This document shows, one piece after another, positions 23,836 to 36,805 of a stretch of 64,000 bases of DNA. The notes under the pieces are model-generated. The model made no database searches. It was given only the letters and a program-made list of their open reading frames with translations, and was not told where the DNA came from. The DNA is from Balanoglossus misakiensis (taxonomy: Eukaryota; Animalia; Hemichordata). The position numbers were made by a program, and so were the translations under genes. Where the stretch lies: the NCBI GenBank assembly GCA_040954595.2, contig CM082578.2:9471519-9535518 (forward strand). The letters are read 5' to 3'. Every line of letters begins with the position of its first letter. The stretch's first letter is position 1.

Positions 23836-26800
23836 TTAAACGGGTAGGCCTAGATTTTTGTTTTCGGTAGGAACGCAAAGAATGGTTGTCGTGTCCACTG
23901 AGCACTGCGATGACAAAAAAATCTGAGATCCGACATGAGCGAGTTTTTGTTGTACATGTATCTTATTTGCGATCTGTGGACCGGGCCGAAAAAGCAATTC
24001 CGAAACGTGGCGTTTCAATTTCATGCCTGATTTCAGCCATATCGCCCAAGGAATACTGACGTAACGAGTTCGTCCACGCCGCCGCGCGGGGATCGTTCAA
24101 AACCATCAACAACCCAAACAAACCTGTCGAGTCGAGTCGAGTCCGCGGTCTTCAAAATACCCCGGATGTTCACAACTGGCTCTCGTGATCAAATCTGGAT
24201 GCGGCGAATTGTGGGTGCGCCAAAAATAAATAAATAAATAAACCAGACAAATTTGTTCGAGCGACTGTTCGTGAATGCAGATTAGCAGCTTGGATGGACA
24301 GAACTGATACAGAAGGGCAGTCATTACCTAAATGTGCAGAAACGGAGCCGGCAGGAAGGTTTGAGAGTAATTGGAGAGACGAGAAAAGGACGTGACATCA
24401 TTCTGCGAAATACAAATTACGTAGAATATCATTAAATGTGCGCGTGTTAGTGATTTCACGGCGGATACAGGAGCCACGTCCGTCGTATTAAAACGGCGAT
24501 GAAGAAATTAGAAATGCCCAAACTCAGATGAGGGTCACGGGATCATGGCAGCGTGGTCTACTCGAAAAAGTAGCATATACAGCTAAATTGGGGTACTGCG
24601 CCAGCCTCCATGCGCACAAGCATTTGATTAAATCTAACAGCATCTACGAACCACTTATAGCCAAGGCATGTGGAGTTTATCCTTATTTTGATCTTTTCAA
24701 CCTTCATTTTTGTTTTAATTTCCCAATTGCCACGTGTAAATGTAGGCCTATATAGGAGTAGAGATTGTTATTCATTAACTTAACCTTCGACTTCATGGGT
24801 GTGAGAGCGCAATTAAAACATGAGAAATATCAAAGTTCAAAATACAGAAATACAAGCAGGATGTATGAAGATGGAAAATAATGAAAAATATGACAGATAC
24901 ATGTTAATTATACTACTCGTATATTAAGCGGATATAGCATATCCATTTCAATATCATGCCCTCTGAAACGAACTTGCCGTTTGTGATTTTAATAAGATGT
25001 TGGTCGGATGGTTTTTCTGTATTCACGACTGCGATTTTAATTTTATTTTATTGCGACCCATTTTTGTGCGTGACAAAAACAGATGGTCTTGTACACACAT
25101 TACAGCATCACGTGACGATATCCTGTTATTCTCCACGAAAGGTGGGCCTATTTAGAGTGAGTTACATCCACACCTGTCCAGTTGGACCGTGACCCGCACG
25201 GTCTGAGCCGACTCGGATTTCGTTCAAACTTGATGTGATATTAATGTGATATTGCCGTGACATGCACATCAGTGTGTTTTGCGAAGGGATCGGGAGGGGG
25301 CTTTGTCATATCCGTTACATTTATGCATTGGAGGCTTCTTGTCTGGTGCCGGCCATAACTAAAACCTAGCACATCGTTCAAATCTACAGCACAAAGTCAG
25401 AGTAATTTTGCTATCCGATCAAGTATGGCCGCCTGGCCTCAAAACCAACTAGAAAACGATTCCTTGGTGAACAGTAACAACCCTCAGCAAAAACGTTTGT
25501 GCCTTATCCCGTCTGTTGATTGAAACGGTCTGTCTCGCATGTGTAGATAGATAACACATTCCAGCCAGTCACGCACCAATGCACACCAATGTATTTTTGC
25601 TGTCTAACGCAGTTTGAGCCACTAGCTTTTGATTGGGATACCAATGTTTGTTGGGCAGTTCCCTGCTGCCACATGACCACAGGCAAATTCCTGACGAACT
25701 TTCGATGTATCCGTGTACATGTATTACTTTATCCAGACAATATGTCAAATAACTTGAACTTAATACACTAACCCAATATTGCCCCATTTGACATGTAACC
25801 CGTCTCCGTATACCCTAAATCTTACCATCTCCAGATATAACAAACTATACATAACCTTCTTCCTAGTTCCACTAACATAAGCATTAATCATGACGCTGCT
25901 CTTCCTTGCAGTCCACCAGCTGCAGGTTGGGAAATCACGACAGAAATTCTGCCATGTGACCTGTATACACCACCTAGTTTCAAATAGTACTTTTGCTCAA
26001 ACATAATTCTTTATGAAGCTGACGACTGGTCTCCACGGGTTTCGAAGTACCGATTAACCTTCAGGGACGTGTCATCTCGATGACTTGCCGTATTGTTAAC
26101 GTCGAGACAATGACTTTTCCTCGTGGCGTGACGACTACACTCTCTCCGGAAGAGGTCGTCCGTCGTCCGGTTGTCTGAATCTTGTCACTTGACAAGTACC
26201 TAACAATCCCGCTTAAACAAATGTGAGGTATTTGTGTCCACGATTGACAAGTGTGCTTTCAAAAGGAAACGTTGTATGAAGCTCGGTTGTAAAGATCCCT
26301 TTGCGAATTGAACAGATGGTATATTCTTCACAAAGTTAATAACTAAGAGATTCTTAGTCGGTTTATAGGTACAACTGAAATGGCTTGTAGTTGTAAATAC
26401 GCCATTGCATATAGCCTATATTTGCATATGCATAACGCATATATTTTGGCAAGCATCGTCTTTTATACCTTTAACATCTGACTTATCTGAATTGGGGACT
26501 ATTCAGGTCACTAAGGTATTAATTGGAATCAGGTTTGATTCGTAGAAGAACTCGAAAAGTAATCACTATACCAGTGCGCCACGTTGATAACACCGGCTGA
26601 TACATGATTGTACAATGTACCTGAAAGCTATTCCACTTTTTTGCCCCCAAGTCTCAATTACAGTTGCTTTACACATCGAATTTAGTTTTTCAGACCCGTC
26701 TAGTCTATTTAGACACTTCAGCGCAATCCCTTCCGCCCCGGGAGAGAGTAATCAAGCGCGGAGTCCATCATGTCCAGAAGGTCAGGTGGTGCCTAAAACA

Positions 26801-29800
26801 GTGAAGTTGGTTAACCTGTGTTTCCTATACGTTCATGTGTGAAATTGATATCACGTCTTTTCTTCTGCCACCGGACATATCGGCAGAAATTCGATCACAT
26901 TACCAAAACCTTCGTGGAATTGCGGGAATTGAAGGCATTTAGATAATTGTTTCCGTCTCTCGCACTGAAGCGCTGATGTAATCGTGAAGAACGTTTGGGG
27001 CCGCGTTTTTTCACGGTTATCCAAGCAATGATCATAATTTGAACTATTTTGTTATGGTTCTCATTCTGTTCCGAAGGCCAACGTCCGAAGGGCAACGTTT
27101 GTTGCCATTACTTGAACGCCAATCCGTTTTGATTAACGCGGCCGTTATTTTCTGGTAAAGGGCAACTGTCTGTGACTTCTGGCTATTTTTTTTCAGTATT
27201 TTTGTTAAGTGTATACCAATTACATTTTCTTTGTTCTCTTCCCTTGGGAATCACAACACACCAACATTTCTGTTTGTTAATAAGTCATTACTGTGTGTAC
27301 CGATCATTGTTATTTTTGGAAAGTGCTTTTAAAATACAGCAATGTCTTGTAGTTTTTCAAAATTATTTGACCAGCCACAGCGAATCAGTGCTACTTCGTT
27401 CACATGCGCTGCATTGCGAAATTCTTTGTTTTCATCGCTGTGTTATTCCAAAAATCTGCTCGTGTCGCCAGATGTTAGCCTTGGTAGGGAACGTTTCTTG
27501 GTAGTTAACCTGGTTTAAGCTACGCTGTGTCTGTGCATAATAAGAAAGACGTGCTGAGTGAAAATATGCCCGTAAAGGTCAAGTGGGGGTTGGCATCCAA
27601 ACAACTTCCCTGATTGCACTCTCTGTAATTGCATGGTCAAACACTGGGACCTCGGTCGCGCCGGTCTCCGTGTGTGACACTGATTGACTCTGAAACAAGC
27701 CACTCGTTTCTGAAATTATAGTAGGCAAATGTTTGATTAACCGGTAACTTACAAAATACTTCTCTGTCCATTAACAAGCTTGCAAGTGATCGCAAGCCTT
27801 AACGAGTGCCAGTCTCAGCTTGGAGGGGGGTCATTGACACTGGCAATTCTCACTCTAACCTGAGGTGTGTGAAAATCAGACAAAATAATAAATTTCCTTA
27901 TAGCCTACACTGAACCCACGCCAAGCAACGAATATCAGCATATGTCATTTCTGTACATGAATTATTCATATAAAAAAATAATCCGCGGCCGTGCATTAGG
28001 TAAAGTGCATGTTATAAGGTCAATTCCATATTGGTTTAGTAATACATTAAGTCTATTATTTTTGTAATAGTCAGTACAGTAAACACGTTTATTTGGAACA
28101 AGCGTGCATACTCTTGTTTACATGCATCCGTGTGCGTTTCTATTGTAAAGAAATTCACCCACTGCAGTGGTACAGGTATATACACACTACCTTTGAATGG
28201 CAGGCTCCCCTATCCCAGGATAATGGCGGCGTTCATTGCGCAAGTCTTCAAACAATTGTGCGGTTTACGCTTTGTCATTATTCTCTCCGATAGGTAGTTA
28301 GCGCCGATTCATATACTCTCGTTAATTTGACCGACTTGGAGGTGACCCCGACATGACCTCACGAAATCTTTTCACAGATACATGTACGGCAATCAATCAG
28401 CGCTACTTAACAGCATAATACGCATTAATGAAACCGGGTGCCATTGTGACGTGACGTCACATACCTTTAGTTAATTTCCAAGAAGGGGCAAGTACTGACT
28501 ATAGCTTTGGATACTGGCTAACTATTCTTCATGAGTTAGCGGCATCGCTTGATGCGTTCATATTCCGCTCTCGATCATCACGATATCTGAGATTTAATAA
28601 GCTTTGAAACTCACTGTAATATGGTATGAATGGTACATCGGCCGACGGTATTATCGATAATTAACCAACGCTTTTTTCGAGGAATTCCATTAAATAATAT
28701 GAAATCCTACACGCATTGTCTGGATCGTATTTAACGTTACGGCGCTAGTAATGCGCTCCTCGTTGATCGCTTAATTCCTTCCGCAGACGCCGCCTCGAGG
28801 AAAATCACTCGGCAGAGTCGTTACACATAATCGGTGGAGGGGGGAGGGGGGCTCACCACAGATCAGTCATTCTATCACGTGATTTGCATTCTGCTGAGTC
28901 GATGCGGTAAATCTCTCGCGTGGCGGGTTCATCTCTGAAGCGGTGCATGGTCACGCGCCAGCCGACACACTGACAGGTAGCCCGTTTGGCATTTTGAAAG
29001 ATCGCTCCTTCTCCTGAATTCACAACCTGACAATTACAGGTAATCAGTCGCTATCTGCGTTTTGACCATTCTCCTCCCGAGCCGACAGGTGCGTCCTTTC
29101 ACGCACCGATATCGCATAAACGTCTTCCCCTTATCACTGATAGATCTCCATTCTCAACCAGAGGAAGCCGTCCGACATTCCCATATTTCACGAAAATTCT
29201 GCAGAGTTTTTTTTGAAGAGGTAAATGGACTGGTGCGCTAGTTTCTCAAAAAGCAATCTCGCGTGAAATAAATAACTAAATTGAGAAGTACGGGTCGCCC
29301 GAGGCGAAGACGTTTCTCAACTGAACGACAATCACTTGAAATGCCCGTTTCTGCAACCGTGAAATATATGCACCACATTATCCGACTCAGCGCTAAAGGG
29401 TTTGATGTGTGCGCGCGCGAAGCGAGGACTTCGAATATCTTGTTTATTGGACGAGTACGGCACAAACAGAAGATAAATAGTTGTTGCGTTAAGTTCGTAG
29501 AACTTTGCGTCACTGATATGAAATTTGAAAACATTCCACAAATGGCGTTGTTGTTAAGCAAGACACAGATATGAGCGGGAAAAATGTGATTTGGGGTCAG
29601 AGCGTTTCAGTGCACGGTTCGAGATAGAACTGGACTGTTCTGTATTGAACTTGGCGCATTGTCAAAAAAAGTATTCTTCAGAACCGAAAAGTCCTCCCTG
29701 AAGAAAAAGAATTATACATGCGCATGGGTATTGCTACTTGTCAAGTCATTCTGACAACAGCATCTGGTTGTGACGTCGTTGCTATTATGACGCGCACACC

Positions 29801-31194
29801 GTCGATTCCAAGTTATCGTGGAAATCCGTTTAACGCCCGAAACAGCGGATCACAAGCAGAGTCGCTGCGTCCAGGGAAGCTTAACATTCCAAACAAACAC
29901 TTCAAGGATCGCGTCATGCTGGATCGGGAATAACAGAAACATTTCTTAAATCCCGGGATAAACGCATTTATCGGTCTCTGCCTCCTTTGAATATACTATT
30001 GACAGGAAATTTGGAGGGGGAAAATCAACCTCAGACAACTATGGGGTCCACGAATCACTACCGATAACCACGGCTACCGATAGCCATGGTTACGCGTTAC
30101 AAACGTTTGCGGTTAAAGCATTAAATAATACATCACTTTTATCTTTTGATAAATGCGAATTTCAGAGAATTTGGTGGAGGGTATTTTTAACCCTGGGAGT
30201 TTAGTGCGGTGGTTTTATTGATTTCAGAGTACAATCGATGTCAGTAGGCTTAATATGCCCGGCAGCCTTGTCAGCCTATCGCGCCTAAACGACGGTAGTC
30301 CCCTTTAGAAGCAGGGTTGATAGAATTTCCTGGTTTTGTCGCATTCATTTCTCGTCGCCGTTGCCAGAAGGGATTAAAGGTCACCTTTAGTGTGACTTAT
30401 GAAACGAATAATGTTTACCGGCGCAGCACTCTGCAAGTCAGACTGGTAGAGATTCTGAAACCCTCAAGTCGTATCGCACGTAAAACCCACCGCGTCGTTT
30501 GAAGGTCGAATCAAGACGTGTTTTTGCTCTATAGGGCACAGAACGACCAGAAAATATCCGCCTGAACACTCCTTGCCAATCCGCGTAAAAATGAGATTTC
30601 CCTAATCTCGGTGAGTGCTTTCAAAGCTCGCTTCCACGGTTTTTGAATGTTGTTTTCGCAAAAACCGCTATCGTTTTTATGTTCGACAATCGCTGCCACG
30701 TCACCAGGGAGGGCAAGATTGGACACGTCCGTGTGACGCACATTCAATCGGGTTTATCATGGTGATGGAAAACACGCCGCGACATCCTAATTTCAACACG
30801 TCGCGACTCCAGGCCCGGGCTATCGAGGGGCAATTTTACACGTACTTTCTCCGTAACCTGATAGCAAAACTGGCGACCGGAGAATCAGTTTTATCGCTTT
30901 AAGTTGTACCAGTAAGTTCGGCTACCAGATAAGACGATACTTTTTTGCAGCGAGGCGACCGCTGAATTGGCATCGCAGTCTCGTCCCCAGTCTCGCGTTA
31001 TTAAAATTTATGCTCCCCGCAGACATTACAGGAATCAGTTAGTACCCTGAAGCTGATTTGGTCGCACGCTCCCCAGCAGCCAGCGATTAAGCCTAACTTT
31101 CTCCTCTCCATCTCTTGACAGCCCAGGAAGACAAACGTATATAACTACATTTACATCCCGTCGTTTCATCATTGGATGAGAGTGCGGCATCTCC

Positions 31195-31585
31195 ATGGCA
31201 ACGGCCAATAGGACGGAGGGCACCGGCGCGCCGCCTGTTGCAGAGGAGATCCGCTATAAAGGCGAGGAGTCCGAACACATAGCCATGACCATGCAGACGC
31301 CGCTGGCGAGTCCCAAGACGACGAGGAGCACGATTTCCCGCCTGGTGTCGTCCACGACGGAGAGTTTTCTGTTGCCCGGGAACGCCACGGTGGACAATCA
31401 AAACTACACACTCCAAGCCGAACTCTCCGTCAACGAAACGAGCGCACACTTGGCTATCGCAAACCACTCCTGGTCGTATGCAAATAACTCCAGATCCCCG
31501 TTCATCACCCGGGTTTCCGTTTCCAAGGCGGTGGGAGGATGTTGCCCCATCGACAACTTTACATCGGTGAACTCCACTGGCACAG
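31195..31585 (+). CDS. Single-pass membrane protein, coding exon 1 (glycosylated ectodomain)
   Basis: Acceptor with ctaac branch point and pyrimidine tract ending 31121; in-frame TGA at 31177 fixes ATG 31195 (tccATGG); 8 N-x-S/T sequons; donor CAG|GTAAAT, phase 1. Confidence 0.85.
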
Positions 31586-34500
31586 GTAAATGTTTTGTCT
31601 ACTGGTATCCCCCGTCTTCCCTCTCCAAACGATATGTGGAATACATATTGCACTGTCACCCTACACTCATCACTAGTCACATCACAGGCGATGTTACACA
31701 TAATACACATTATACTCATTATAAATACCAATTAAAATTTCTCAACGCGCTGTGAACATTAATATCACAGCCCACGCTCTCTGCTCATTCGCTTCACTCC
31801 GCTGGCTACTCTCAAATCTAGTGCGTGTGTATTTCTGTTGGCGAGGCTCGCGTACCTTTTCATCAACGGTTACAGGCCAAAGAAGCTGTCCTTAAAACTT
31901 GTCTTAGTGACGTTCACTTCTTTCTTGTTGTCGTTATGATAATAACTACGATTGTTACTGTTGATGATCGTGAACAGGCGCGCGTATACTTAATATAAGT
32001 CCTGATTTCAGTACCCCACGTTGTATTTATCAACGTAGAATAGTACAAGTAAAACACTCCACTGTGGGATTTTTTGCTTGTTTGCTATCAGTGATACACG
32101 CTTCACACATGGAAACAAAATACATGTACAAGGCAACTGTGGCTGACTTAACCGGCTCTAGTGGACAGAGCACTTAATCTTTGTAACTAGGCTGGTTGCA
32201 ATCAATTCTAGTACATTTCTCTTTCAAGGTGACATATTTATTAGGTAAAGAATCCCGTTTCCACTTCTCAATTCCTCTTGTTTACGCGATAGCGAAACCC
32301 TCCATATTTTCCGTGGGCGGTATATACATTAAGGTCTGTAATCAGTTACACTGGATTTAGTCAAACTTTTAAAGGGCCGCTATCTGTATTTACTGGCAAT
32401 TTTTGCAAGTGTTTTCGTTGTGTGTACCAATACAGTTTCTTGTTCTCCTGCTTAGGCCCTATAGTATCCCAACACATATTGTCTTAAAGGCCCATAGTTG
32501 TCGACGTGGGCTTCTCTATAAATTTGAACAAGTTAGACTCAGTCTGTGCACTGAATCGTGATTGGAAAACTCAAGGGAAAACAAATGTGCCAAACATATG
32601 CCTCTTAAGAGTTACCTAGAGTTACCACACTTGTCTTGCATTGTCTGTATTTGTGCAAGAGTGACAGAGGGTTTGATAATATTCTTCTGTTGCGTGTTGT
32701 AACTCGGCCAACTACAACTGCCTGAATGTGCATATTCAGCCGAAATCCGAGGCGCTCCTCATAAGCTACCGTCTGCTCATCTCAATTGATACAAGGACAA
32801 TGGCACTTTATTAAAATCTCATGTCGAGCCGACATTCTCTATGAAGCTATTACTCATCTACGCTTTGACTCCTCGAAGGTGATTCTAGGTCAAGGTATCG
32901 AGATTTAATTCTTCACATCAATTGCTTTGCGATATGATCCAATATGGCTGCCAGTCGGCCATTTTTTTTCTTATATCTATTAATATAAGTACGGAGATAT
33001 TCCTAGAAGTTGGTAATATCGAACATATAACAGCTATATACGTATATAAATTCTGTAAAATAGAGGTGACCGTATACCTTTAATCTTTACAAGGCTGTGC
33101 TTGCGTTCCGTTTGTTTGATTGCTCGTGTTAAGCGAACAAAACACGCTTTCGCAGATTGTAGGTCAAAGCTGATGGATTAGCCTAAATTACAAAAGATGG
33201 AGTTTCAGACATTGACAAGCTATTCGTCAACGTCGAATGCTGCTTACTAGTATATCAAGGCACCTCGTTCTGAAGTCTACATTCACACTGAGCTCTCGCC
33301 CGTTTCCTGAATGTCTGTCACGTTGTCATTGAGAGAGAGAGAGAAAATGGCGGTATTTTGCCAGCATACTTTGTTTTATGTCGCGTATGCTTCCAATATA
33401 CTGCGGTGTTTCTCCATCAAGATGATGATGCGACACGTTGATCCCATCGAGTGCGATCAATTGTGGCAGCCTCGATTGTTATCGTAATAGCTTTCTCAGA
33501 ATTCGCAGATATATCGTGTCGTCCTTGTGTGGCGTACGTTTATAGCACACAAAAAACATGCCGCCCGGCCGACACTTTCTGTTTCCCGCCGGAGAAAGAG
33601 TGCCATCGAACCCGACGCGTGACGTGATTTAGATCAATTTAGCGACGTCTTTAGTGTCGACGTCAATTTTGCATCACGTTTTTCCAAGAAATTCAGCAAT
33701 TTCTGTCTGACAAGAGTGATATTGCTATTAATATTTCTTCTCGTTCAGTCATTGACCCCACGTCTTCAACATTTATTTGAGACGGAGGCAAACCGAGTCG
33801 AATTACTTGCAACTGTCAGAGAGCATTATACTCTCTGGCGGCCGATTCTCAGAAGTCTATATTCATGATATTGCGGTCAATCAAGACCAGCGTGTGGCGT
33901 TTACACCGTGTCTGCGCTGACACGTCTGGTGCAAATCAAAAACAACACATATATGTGTGAGTTAAACCAGTCACATTTCATTTTTGACGACAGCAGGTTC
34001 AAGCCAGGCCAAGAAACGAAAGCGTCGATCAGACGCCCTATTTCGACAGCCAATTTCGAGCGCAATTTTACCCCGAGTCCAGGTCATTTGGCGATAGCAG
34101 TATATTCTAATAGTCATTCCGACACACGAAAAGTCAGATTGTACGTTAGTAAACGGGTAACAGATATAAAGCGTGAATATTTTATGATGTCTTAGCACCA
34201 TTGTCGAAAGCTGCGTCTCTCGGGTATCGGCCAGGCATTTTTCAGTTGTCGTTTCTCTTTAACTAAGAATGATATTGAAAATGATGTGTTCATTATCATG
34301 GGTATGAGACCCATTAAAATTTCATTGTCGCCTCATTTGGTTTCGCCTATCAGAACGCAACAAACGACATTCATTCATTTCAGTAACTGAAATAAGTCGT
34401 ATGTTGTTTCCAATAAAACTTTTTACAATTTTAAGATTATGTATTGCCATCATCAGCAATGTTGCTGTTGAGGTGCGGTAGTTCATTGCGTACGGTGTGC

Positions 34501-34911
34501 ACAATGATATAACGAGAGGAAGCGATAGCTTGTTTTCTGTACAGTCACTTACTTTATTGGACACCAACTCGTGTAGTGGATGAACATCACTGACCAAGTC
34601 TGAACTGAGTTGAACACCCACAAGAACGGAAAAACCCCACCAAGCTTACATAACACATACACGCATAATGAGACTATCATTTACATATCAAAGAAAGTGA
34701 CCATCTGGGTAAAGTTCAGTTTACTCCAACAGTTGCCCTGAATTGTGTGTACTGATAGGGCTTTTTATCTTAATTTGACGTCATTTAGGTTGAATGACAG
34801 TGGACTATCATTTTTCTGAAAATCTATCCCCGAGGCGCGTACTACCTTAGCGACGGCATTTAACTAGAATTTATGTCATTTTTTTATCTGTCTCCCCCCC
34901 CCCCCTTTCAG

Positions 34912-35029
34912 GACAAAATAATTCAGACGATGCACTTGGACCCGTAATCGGAGGACTATGCACTGCCGTCGGCCTGCTGCTCTGTCTCTGGCTCGTATGC
35001 TTCGCCATAGAAAAACGCATCCACAGCAG
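34912..35029 (+). CDS. Single-pass membrane protein, exon 2 (TM helix)
   Basis: ccctttcag|...CAG|GTAAGT; phase 1 in, 2 out; (G)QNNSDDALGPVIGGLCTAVGLLLCLWLVCFAIEKRIHS(R). Confidence 0.9.
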
Positions 35030-36723
35030 GTAAGTCGACCTTTTTGCATCACCCCTGCAACTCCAGTGACGTCACGCTCAATCACAACCCGATTACCCAG
35101 TCGGGCAGTTGCAGTTCAGTGCGGGGTCGAAAAAAATGCAGAAGTGAATGAATGAAGACCGTCGAGTCGAGCCGAATGTCTCGGGGTGGGAGAGCTTTGT
35201 GCCAACCGCGTACATATTGTAAATCCTAACCGGCAAATATCGGCGTGCCGTGACGTCATCGGGTTGCGCGAAACAGCAAGCGAGAGAAAAGTAGTTCGGG
35301 CTCGCGTTCTGCAGTATTCCGTGACTCCGGGCAACTTTGTGATTATCTGAAGATAGCTCCGGTTGCAAGGCGTCTATGCGAAGGCACTGACTGCCTCACC
35401 ACAGCTGCGATGGCGCTAAAGCTACTTCATTGCGAAGTCGATGCTGCCGTCAATAGGCCCTACATCTCGCTATCATTTTCCCCGGCGGGTAAAATGAAGG
35501 CCTCCTGAAACGTGGGCGCATTTATCGATCGACACAAAGCCCAAGACGAACACTGACACTGCCTTGGATGACGTAAATTTCTCCACGTCATGGGATTTCT
35601 TTCGCTTTGAACTGTTCCGACGAGGGGTCTATCAACTCGTTTTGATTCCTAGTGCCAAATCAATTGAATAAACGTATAGGATGGGAATTCTGATTTTTTG
35701 CCACCAGATATTATTTAAAAAAAATAATAACTCCTTTGGTAGCGTACTTGTCATCCAATTTTGGTTTTACATTCGACAAACCTTCACGTGATACGGGGAG
35801 TCGTGTGAGAACGGCAGAAATGCTTGAAAAAACCGACAGATGAATTCGAGGAAAACCAATCGCGTGTTTGCTGGGAGAGCAAGTCGGCTGACAAAAGCAA
35901 CCGGGATAGGCGCATTAATAAGTTCTTTTCACCGCCAACAGAATGTTATCTATGCGGGGCTTCTCAGAGGACAGTTTAGCGATGGTCGGGGCGCGTAATC
36001 CCGAGGAGAGAACAGAGCCAACAAAAAAAACAGACTTTGTCCACGAATCATGTTCGCTTCACGAATGAAGGAGCCGCAATTATAGTTCGACCGACAAATA
36101 TAACGAGGTCAACTCGATCGGTGACAATGAAATCCGGGTGTCTGAGTGTGGCAAGGATTTTTTGAAAGGACGTTTTTCTCTGTACTAGAACTAGTTTCTC
36201 TCACTACAGCAACGATGATGCTATAGGAGCAAAAAACCCACATATATTTATAGCAAGAAATTTGCAACAAGGCGCACTTAACACGTCTGTTCCCTCGGAG
36301 ACTCACGAGACTGTCTTTTAAAGACATGATCGCGAGTAAATTTCTTAAGATAACGTTTTACTTTATTCGTTTTTTACACAAAAAACATACTAAATCTACA
36401 TATTTTTGATCGTGCAAGAGCAATGCGTATATGGCGAATTTCTTTATATTTTGGCACTCTCGCGGGGAATGGGGGGGGGGCGGCTTGAGAGTGTGTGTCA
36501 CTCGGAATTTCTGGTCACGTGTGCGTATTCAAGTCATGTCTAAGAAAGTACGGTTCTTCTGTGACTCTTTTACTTTTCCCCCTGGAAATGAAATGTACTC
36601 TGGCTGGTCAAGTTCAGTAGTTACGTATACGATCCGTGTCCTGAGTGGCTTTTATTTACTACTGTCCACGGCTGGGTGTTCTATGCATGGCTAAATTCTT
36701 CCTGAACATGCTTTTGTTACCAG

Positions 36724-36805
36724 GAAACGCGCCGTGGAGAGGCATTACCTCCCGCAGTCACGAAGCTATCCCATCCAGGTAGCCGAGATGAGGAAGGCAC
36801 TACGG
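36724..36805 (+). CDS. Single-pass membrane protein, exon 3
   Basis: ttttgttaccag|...CGG|GTAAGT; phase 2 in, 0 out; KRAVERHYLPQSRSYPIQVAEMRKALR. Confidence 0.85.

Noticed and set aside
31177-31185. Selenocysteine reading of GGA TGA GAG TGC
   Set aside because: No SECIS identified, no redox-domain context, and a good Kozak ATG follows.
31093-31731. 212-aa minus-strand ORF
   Set aside because: Antisense shadow of coding exon 1.
31195-31755. GPCR N-terminus interpretation of the glycosylated ORF
   Set aside because: The spliced product has only one TM segment; ORF sequence past 31585 is intron.
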